A stretch of DNA of 64,000 nt from an uncultured Gemmatimonadota bacterium (GTDB lineage Bacteria > JAAXHH01): assembly GCA_951812955.1 (NCBI GenBank), contig OX638340.1, forward strand, positions 1,120,001 through 1,184,000, in the 5' to 3' direction. The notes beneath the pieces were generated by a model. That model saw nothing but the letters and a program-made list of their open reading frames with translations, searched no databases and was not told the origin of the DNA. The position numbers and the translations under genes were made by a program. Positions 55,058 to 61,388 of the stretch are shown one piece after another. The stretch's first letter is position 1, and every line of letters starts with the position of its first letter.

Positions 55058-57418
55058 TTACGCAAGATCGGGACCGGCCAGTCGGTAACCGACCCGAGGC
55101 TCGTTAGAGATGTACGTCGGGCTTCCCGCATCATCACCCAGTTTGGAGCGGAGTTTCTTCACGAAAGCATGCACAACCCGGTTGTCTTCGGAACTTCCGG
55201 ACCGCCATACGTTGCGCAACAAATAGTCGTAAGTCACGACGCGGCCGGCGTTGGTCGCAAGCACGCGTAGTAAATCGTATTCGGTTGCGGTCAGTTTCAA
55301 AGGTTCGTCCGCCAGGGTCACCCGTCGTTGCTCGAAGTCGATGACGAGATCAATCACCCGGTAGGGCTCGGGTGGACCGGCATGCCTGCGAAGCGCCGAC
55401 TGGATTCTGGCCACCAGTTCCGTAGGCGAATACGGCTTGACCACATAATCGGCTGCTCCGATCTCCAGAGCTTTGGCAATTGTCTCGTCTCTGCCATACG
55501 CGGACAGGAAGATAACCGGCTGATCAGCCATGGCCGGCACGCTTTGCATCAGTTCGATACCGTCCGCATCCGGGAGCAGCAAATCCAGTAGTACCAGATC
55601 CGGTTGACGTGATTTAATCAGACCGGGTACGTCATTGGGATTGCCGGTCACCAGCGCCTCGAAACTCGCGTCCTCGAGTATACCCCGTATCTGTTCCAAC
55701 ACCTGTGGGTCGTCATCCACCACAAGGACCAGCGGCTTCTGCCGATTTCCCGTGTCCGGGAGTCTTTGCCTCATGAAGGAGGGCAATTCGATCATGGCCG
55801 GCGCTTCATCCGCCACAGGTATCGTAAATGTAAAACGTGTGCCTAGACCGTTACCTTCGCTCTCGACCCAGATACGGCCGCCATGCGCCTCGACAAGTCC
55901 CTTGCAGATGGCCAGTCCGAGGCCCTCCCCAACCCCGCGTCCGCGATCTTCCCGTCCGCTTCGGGCAAACTTGCTAAAAATGTGCGGCAGACGCTCTGCG
56001 GGAATCCCTCGCCCTTCATCGACTACCGAAACCGCTACGAACAACCCCTCGCGTTGCGCAAGTACCTGTATGACTGACGATTCTGGCGCGTGGCGGGTAG
56101 CGTTGGACAACAGGTTGATCAGGACCTGAACTATGCGCTGCCGGTCCACCCGCACCCGAGGCAGATCAGTAGGCAGGTCAATACTGATCTGGATACGGCT
56201 CTCACTACTGAGAAACATATTCCGAGCCTGGTCCACAATGGCAGCCAGATCCGAGTACTCGGGGGATACCGACAGCGATCCCGTCTCGATATGAGCCGCG
56301 TCCAGCAGGTCGCTGATCAACTGTCTCATGTGATCGGCCTGGTCGTTGATTATGCGGAAAAGCTGCCGGGTCTCGGCCGGGTCCAGCACCGACGGGGTCT
56401 CTAGCACGGTGGCGGCACAGCCCTTTACAGAAGTCAAGGGAGCCCTGAGCTCGTGACTCACCAAGCTTAAAAACTCGGCCCGCATTCTTTCAAGTTCTTC
56501 TATCGGCGTCATATCCTGTAAGGTAACAACCAAGGACTCGACTTCTTCCTGCGGTGAACGTATAGGCGTTGCGTTGACCAGTATCGTGACCTTCCGGCCG
56601 TCCGGAACCTCAAGTACGATCTCTTCGGCGCGAACCGGTGTGGCCTCGTTCAACGCCTCAACCAATGCGGACTTCTCCAGGGCAATCGCACGCCCGTCGG
56701 TTCGCCGCGCACTCATCACGTCCAACAAATCCTCGGCGGTGTTTCCCGGTGTCATGAGATTGCCGACAATGCGTCGCGTCTCCTGGTTAAGGGATACCAA
56801 CTTGCCACTTTGGGCGTCAATTACCACTACACCAACCGGAGACGTGTCTATCAGGGCTTCCAGGTCGGCCCTGACCCGTCGCTCATCGCCGTGCCTGCGG
56901 GCGTTTGCGATCGCCGCCCCGGCCTGCGAAGCGAACAGCGACAGCATCCCTTCATCCTCACCCGTAAACCCCTGATCGGACACTTTTCCAACGAGACTGA
57001 ATATGCCAACATGCACGCCTTGATGCCGCATGGGCATGCCCAGGTAACAACCAGCCAGTACAGGGTCCGCCGGGAACCCTAACGAGGCAAGGTGAGTCGC
57101 TAGTTCCTTGAGCCTTAGTGGACGTTGGACCTGTCGAAAAAACTCCCACAGATCGTACCCAAAAGGTAGATCTGTCAGCCGCCTGTATTCTTCGGGGCTC
57201 ACGCCATATGTGACAAAATCCTGCAGGCTGCCCGTTGCATCCATTGTACAGATTGCGCCGTATTCCGCATTGGTCAACAAGCATGCGTTTTCCACGACCT
57301 CGTGCAAGACGGTTTTGATATCAAGGCTTTCGCTGATACGCACACTTGCCTGACTTAGACCTAAGAATCGCTCCTTGAGCGATTGTATCTCCGCTTGCAA
57401 CTCTTCGATTTTGGACAT
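55058..57418 (-). CDS. Cytoplasmic hybrid: GAF-PAS-HisKA-HATPase sensor kinase fused to a complete OmpR-type response regulator (REC plus winged helix)
   Basis: H-box FLSLVSHELRAPLTSV; G-boxes DEGRGIP and GLGLAICKGLVEAHGG; REC VLVVDDD...DLVLLDLLLPDADG...KP; C-terminal LTATEYDLLRVLATNAGRVVTYDYLL...VHAFVKKLRSKL...GYRL. No TM segment. Confidence 0.85.
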   Translation of the reverse strand: MSKIEELQAEIQSLKERFLGLSQASVRISESLDIKTVLHEVVENACLLTNAEYGAICTMDATGSLQDFVTYGVSPEEYRRLTDLPFGYDLWEFFRQVQRPLRLKELATHLASLGFPADPVLAGCYLGMPMRHQGVHVGIFSLVGKVSDQGFTGEDEGMLSLFASQAGAAIANARRHGDERRVRADLEALIDTSPVGVVVIDAQSGKLVSLNQETRRIVGNLMTPGNTAEDLLDVMSARRTDGRAIALEKSALVEALNEATPVRAEEIVLEVPDGRKVTILVNATPIRSPQEEVESLVVTLQDMTPIEELERMRAEFLSLVSHELRAPLTSVKGCAATVLETPSVLDPAETRQLFRIINDQADHMRQLISDLLDAAHIETGSLSVSPEYSDLAAIVDQARNMFLSSESRIQISIDLPTDLPRVRVDRQRIVQVLINLLSNATRHAPESSVIQVLAQREGLFVAVSVVDEGRGIPAERLPHIFSKFARSGREDRGRGVGEGLGLAICKGLVEAHGGRIWVESEGNGLGTRFTFTIPVADEAPAMIELPSFMRQRLPDTGNRQKPLVLVVDDDPQVLEQIRGILEDASFEALVTGNPNDVPGLIKSRQPDLVLLDLLLPDADGIELMQSVPAMADQPVIFLSAYGRDETIAKALEIGAADYVVKPYSPTELVARIQSALRRHAGPPEPYRVIDLVIDFEQRRVTLADEPLKLTATEYDLLRVLATNAGRVVTYDYLLRNVWRSGSSEDNRVVHAFVKKLRSKLGDDAGSPTYISNEPRVGYRLAGPDLA

Positions 57419-57688
57419 GTTTCCCCTCAGGGTTTTTGCAACTACGGACTATCAGTCAGATTGGTCGATTTCGCATGATTCAAATAGGCTGGGTTGACCG
57501 GGATCGTGTCACTTAAAAACACCTATTCATGAATGTTCAGCGTAAAATCACAATCATTAACCAAAATATCATTACCATGTCAGAAAAACCAGGAATAAAT
57601 GCCGTGTAATACACATTTTGGTCAGTTATACTATTGACAGTTTTCCGCCCTCCCTTGAGATCGACCCGATTTTGTTGGTGAATTAAGC

Positions 57689-57994
57689 ATGCGAAAGGAT
57701 CCCGCATTGCTGTACGCCATAGTCTTAATGAGTGATGATAACCACACCCTGACAGACTTGGATCGCATTGTCAATGCTTCCAACGTCGTACCTGCTGAAG
57801 TTCCATTCCTGAAGTTCCCCCACGTACACTTCGTGATGTATGATGGGACCTCAAAAGCTCTAAGTACCCACCTTGGTCTGGCACGAAGGAAGATCCCGGC
57901 AATCGTGTTTGAGATAACCAGGAACAGCTATGCCGGCTATGGACCTGCTGTTTTCGATACCTGGATCAGAAAAAACTCGGAAGAGATTCGTTGA
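57689..57994 (+). CDS. Hypothetical protein (101 aa), low GC
   Basis: ORF only. Divergent from the kinase gene across an AT-rich 270-bp spacer. No motif recognised. Confidence 0.35.
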   Translation: MRKDPALLYAIVLMSDDNHTLTDLDRIVNASNVVPAEVPFLKFPHVHFVMYDGTSKALSTHLGLARRKIPAIVFEITRNSYAGYGPAVFDTWIRKNSEEIR

Positions 57995-58091
57995 GAACCC
58001 TGGTCAAGTGCTCTCACATTCACATGCGAGTTTTTGCCAGTACACGAATACGTTGCTGAAGCAGCAGTCAAACTTTCGCTAAGGTGAGAAC

Positions 58092-59147
58092 ATGAATCGT
58101 GTTCTAGTCGTGCATGCGCTGTCGTTGGTGATCGGTTGTGCGGGTGACCAGGGACCGATTGGCCCCGGGGGGGAACAAGGTCCATAGAGCCTTCAATGTT
58201 CAGAGGGACCGGTAGGGCCGCAGGGCACGCGGGGCGAGCAAGGGCCGCAGGGAATAGCCGGGCCGACCGACCCACAGGGCTCACAGGGTCCACAGGGGAC
58301 TGGCGCGCCGCTGAATTGGGCAGACGTGATCGAGGAGGGGAACCTCTACGACGCGGTCTATGTGGTCGGTGTCTAGACTGAGAGTTACTGGACCATTATC
58401 GGCACGGCTTTTGCAGCCTACTACGACGACAAGATGTGGACCAACGCCCACGTCGTAAAGCGTGCTATGGAGGAAGCGCAGAATAAGATTGGCGAAGTGC
58501 GAACATTCGTGGCGCGAGCAGGAGAGCGGTTTGTGGATGAAGGGCAAGGTCCGGGATTTATCTACTGGAACGGCGCTATCATCCACGAAGACTATGATGC
58601 TGAGCAGTATCCCCATGACAGCCCCGACGTCGCCCTGCTCCGCCTGGAGGAGAATGTTACTGGACCACTGCCCGAGCTCTTGCCGCGTGAATTCAGCCAG
58701 GACCTGCGCATAGGCCAGCCGCAGGGAATATTGGGATATCCAGGCGGGCTGGGACATTAAACCCTCGAGCTCGTATTGCTGACGTTCAAAGAAGGCACGC
58801 TGTCTGCGCTGCGGCCCTTCCTGAACGAGAGCTTTGACGGAACCAATACGGGGATGTTGCTGCACTACAATTTCCTTACAGAAGGCGGGACACGCGGGAG
58901 CCCCGTCTTCGATCACAACGGTTACATCGTAGGCATCAATTTCGCCGGTCTTGATAAAGAAATCGAGTTCGGAGAGGAACTCGTCACGATTGAAACGTCG
59001 CACCAATTCGGCATACACGTGGAGGCTCTTTGGCAAATGATCGACCAGGTTGGCGGAGCGCCGGCCGTCGCCGCGCGCGTTACGGTACCGGAAGGATCTT
59101 ACGAGCCATTTCCGGCCGGCTGGATTGGTGAGACTATCGCGCCCTAG
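58092..59147 (+). pseudogene. Decayed gene: lipoprotein signal, collagen-like stalk and trypsin-like serine protease domain
   Basis: A single reading frame from ATG 58092 is interrupted by in-frame TAG (58185), TAG (58374) and TAA (58758). MNRVLVVHALSLVIGCAGDQGPIGPGGEQGP*...[20 protein letters not shown]...; protease motifs WTNAHVV (His), DVALLRL (Asp), and GGTRGSPVF where GGxSGSPVF is expected (catalytic Ser to Arg). Confidence 0.7.
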
Positions 59148-59210
59148 GAATTACAATCCGGAATTGTCCCGAGTTTTTTCAACCAATTATCCACACGAAA
59201 GGAATGAACC

Positions 59211-59762
59211 ATGAGATCCGTCCTATTTATCGTTGCCATGCTGGTTTTCACAGCCTGCGAGGGCAAGGTAGGACCGGCTGGACCGGCTGGACCGGCTGGA
59301 TCAGCCGGTCCACAGGGTGTAAAGGGCGATACCGGGTCGCTGGGACCGAAGGGTGACAGTGGTGATCCTGGACCGGCAGGGCCGGCAGGGCCGGCAGGAC
59401 CGCAGGGGCCGGCAGGACCGCAGGGGCCGACAGGGCCGGCAGGACCGGAAGGCGGTGGTACCACGGAGCCGCCACCACCACCGCCGGAGCCGCCACCACC
59501 ACCGCCGCCACCGCCGCCACCGCCGCCACCGCCGGCCGGCGACGGAGCCTGCGTAGCCGGGTTGGTCGTGAATCCGGGTGAGAGTTGCGTTTACAATGGC
59601 TACGACTTTTCCGTTAGTTCCGAAGGCAGAGGGCGCATTGCCTTTTTCTCCGCGGGAAGCGGTATAGATGCAAGGGGTACCACGATCAACGGCGTACTTT
59701 GGAACTTCCATGCAACCCGAAACAGTGGCAGTAGCAGTTGGACCATTCATTCTGCTGATTGA
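59211..59762 (+). CDS. Lipoprotein with a collagen-like stalk, poly-proline linker and small Cys-containing C-terminal domain
   Basis: [16 protein letters not shown] lipobox, then about 21 G-X-Y triplets, [27 protein letters not shown], and a roughly 70-aa C-terminal domain with 2 Cys. Confidence 0.75.
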   Translation: MRSVLFIVAMLVFTACEGKVGPAGPAGPAGSAGPQGVKGDTGSLGPKGDSGDPGPAGPAGPAGPQGPAGPQGPTGPAGPEGGGTTEPPPPPPEPPPPPPPPPPPPPPPAGDGACVAGLVVNPGESCVYNGYDFSVSSEGRGRIAFFSAGSGIDARGTTINGVLWNFHATRNSGSSSWTIHSAD

Positions 59763-60263
59763 ATGGTTTCACCAGGTACGCTTCATCTCAATGGTTTCCT
59801 CTTCATATGGTGTCAACCAAATCTGTGTGCGAAACACCGCTGTCGGTAACCTGGCTGGAACGGAGTAACAATCGTGGTCGGTGAATTGTATCGGTTAATA
59901 AGTTGCATTGCGGCTTTCTGGTTTTGGGCGGATCCTTACCGTGCAACAACGATAGCGGGGTCGAGTCGTTATCTGTTCGTGCGATGGTTCTGTTCGTCTT
60001 GACTCCCAGACCGGCGAAGGCAAGGGAAGCGGGAGTTCGCGCGACGAAGCCTTGTTGTCCGCTTTTCCGATTGTTTGTTCTAAACTCAGTATCGACAGCA
60101 AAACACTCAGTCGATGTGAACAGAACTGGATTTCGAGAACGCCAGACTTTCGGGAACGTGACCATTGTAATCCCTGCTGAGAAGATTGTCACATGCTTTG
60201 AGTCTTCTTGAGGATGAAGTTTATCAATGAACGAAATTCCAATGCAAATGGAGGTTGATAAGC

Positions 60264-61333
60264 TGTAGTGCACTCCAAAATGGGACAAGTAGTTAAGCTA
60301 CAGGTTTAAACAGGTGGTTTCATTTGCTCGAACTCGACCGAAGGCGTGTAGCTTAAGGCGGGGTGCAAGCGTTTACGATTGTAGAGCTTGTAGATGAAGT
60401 AACCGATGCGTGATCGGGCTTCTTCGAGGGATTCGTACTCGTAGAGATAGCCCTCCTCGTATTTGAGCGTCCTGATGAAGCGCTCTGCTTTGGCGTTGTC
60501 ATAGGGGTTATCGCGCCGGCTCATGCTGATTCTAATACCGGCCTTTTTGTGGGTTTCGACATAGGCTTTGGAGGCGTACTACACGTCCCGGTCGGAGTGA
60601 TGTACCAAGCCCTTTGGTACCGATCTGGATGCCAGGGCGCTGTCCAAGGCATGAAGGGCAAGACCTGCATCGAGGGTTCGATTCAAAGCCCAGCCGATGC
60701 ATTTTCTGCTGCAGGCGTCAAGGACCACGGCCAGATAGATCCATTCGCCGGCCAGGCGGATGTAGGTGATTTCGGTCCCCCAGAGTTGATTGACTCCGAT
60801 TGTGTTCAGTTCCGGAACCAATTGGCGTAGAAGGCACGATCAGGGTTCGAGTCGGTGGTCGTTACGAAGACCTTGAGTCGCAGGGCAATCCGGTTGTCTT
60901 CGTACATGAGGCGCAGGACGCGCTTATGGTTTCAACAGGTAGAAAAGGCGTCTGAGTGTCCTAGTCAAAGAACGGTAGCCTTAGGAAGACCAGGTAAGGG
61001 AGAGCTTGTGTATCATGTCCCGCAGTTCAAGGGCCGGATCCATACGGCCTCAGAGACCGAGGTAGTAGCTGGATCGACCGATCGAGAGCGTCCTGCGAAT
61101 CCGGGTGACCACGAGACCGTCTACTGAGGGCGTAATTGGTGGCGCCACCTGTGAATCCGCTTGGGATGAACCTAGTGTTCCGCGGCTGACTGAATGATAG
61201 ATTTACCCGAATCGGCTTCCTAAAGGACTTGGAGCTTGAACTCACGGGTGAACAGACGGCGTTTCAGAGTCATGAAGCGCCTCCTCGATCGGTAGGAAGC
61301 TTAACTCTGTCTCCCAGTCAAGGGTGCGGTACG
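60264..61333 (-). mobile_element. Degenerate IS3-family insertion sequence with imperfect terminal inverted repeats of about 40 bp
   Basis: One end is 60264..60302, TGTAGTGCACTCCAAAATGGGACAAGTAGTTAAGCTACA. The other end, about 61293..61333 (...AGCTTAACTCTGTCTCCCAGTCAAGGGTGCGGTACGA), is its imperfect inverted copy. Transposase fragments lie between. At about 1.07 kb it is shorter than typical IS3 elements. Confidence 0.75.
60306..61273 (-). pseudogene. IS3-family transposase (orfA/orfB) inactivated by stops, a frameshift and a likely deletion
   Basis: orfA-like MTLKRRLFTREFKLQVL*EADSGKS... The DDE core NQLWGTEITYI...LDACSRKCIGW...HHSDRDV*YAS...MSRRDNPYDNAKAERF has an in-frame TAG at 60579-60581 where Q is expected, and a 1-nt frameshift near 60822. 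Confidence 0.8.
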
Positions 61334-61388
61334 ATTTAACGTAAACTGACAGATGAGCCTGCAACAATCAACAAGAGGCAAGGAAACC

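Noticed and set aside
58092-59147. Stop-codon reassignment or programmed read-through as an explanation for three in-frame stops
   Set aside because: TAG, TAA and TGA all terminate well-supported neighbouring genes at family-appropriate lengths (TAG at 6485 and 19649, TAA at 51278). The catalytic Ser is also lost and the G-X-Y register is broken, so decay is the simpler explanation.
59248-59750. Minus-strand ORFs (93 and 149 aa) rich in Pro/Ala/Arg/Trp repeats
   Set aside because: Antisense reading of the G-X-Y and poly-Pro coding repeats of 59211..59762. The plus-strand product has a proper lipoprotein signal.
59803-60288. 161-aa minus-strand ORF (and the 102-aa plus ORF 59903..60211) in the gap before the IS
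   Set aside because: No protein-like motifs, odd composition, and it runs into the IS terminal repeat. I treated 59763..60263 as non-coding or decayed DNA. I also looked for group II intron or other structured-RNA signatures and could not support any by eye.
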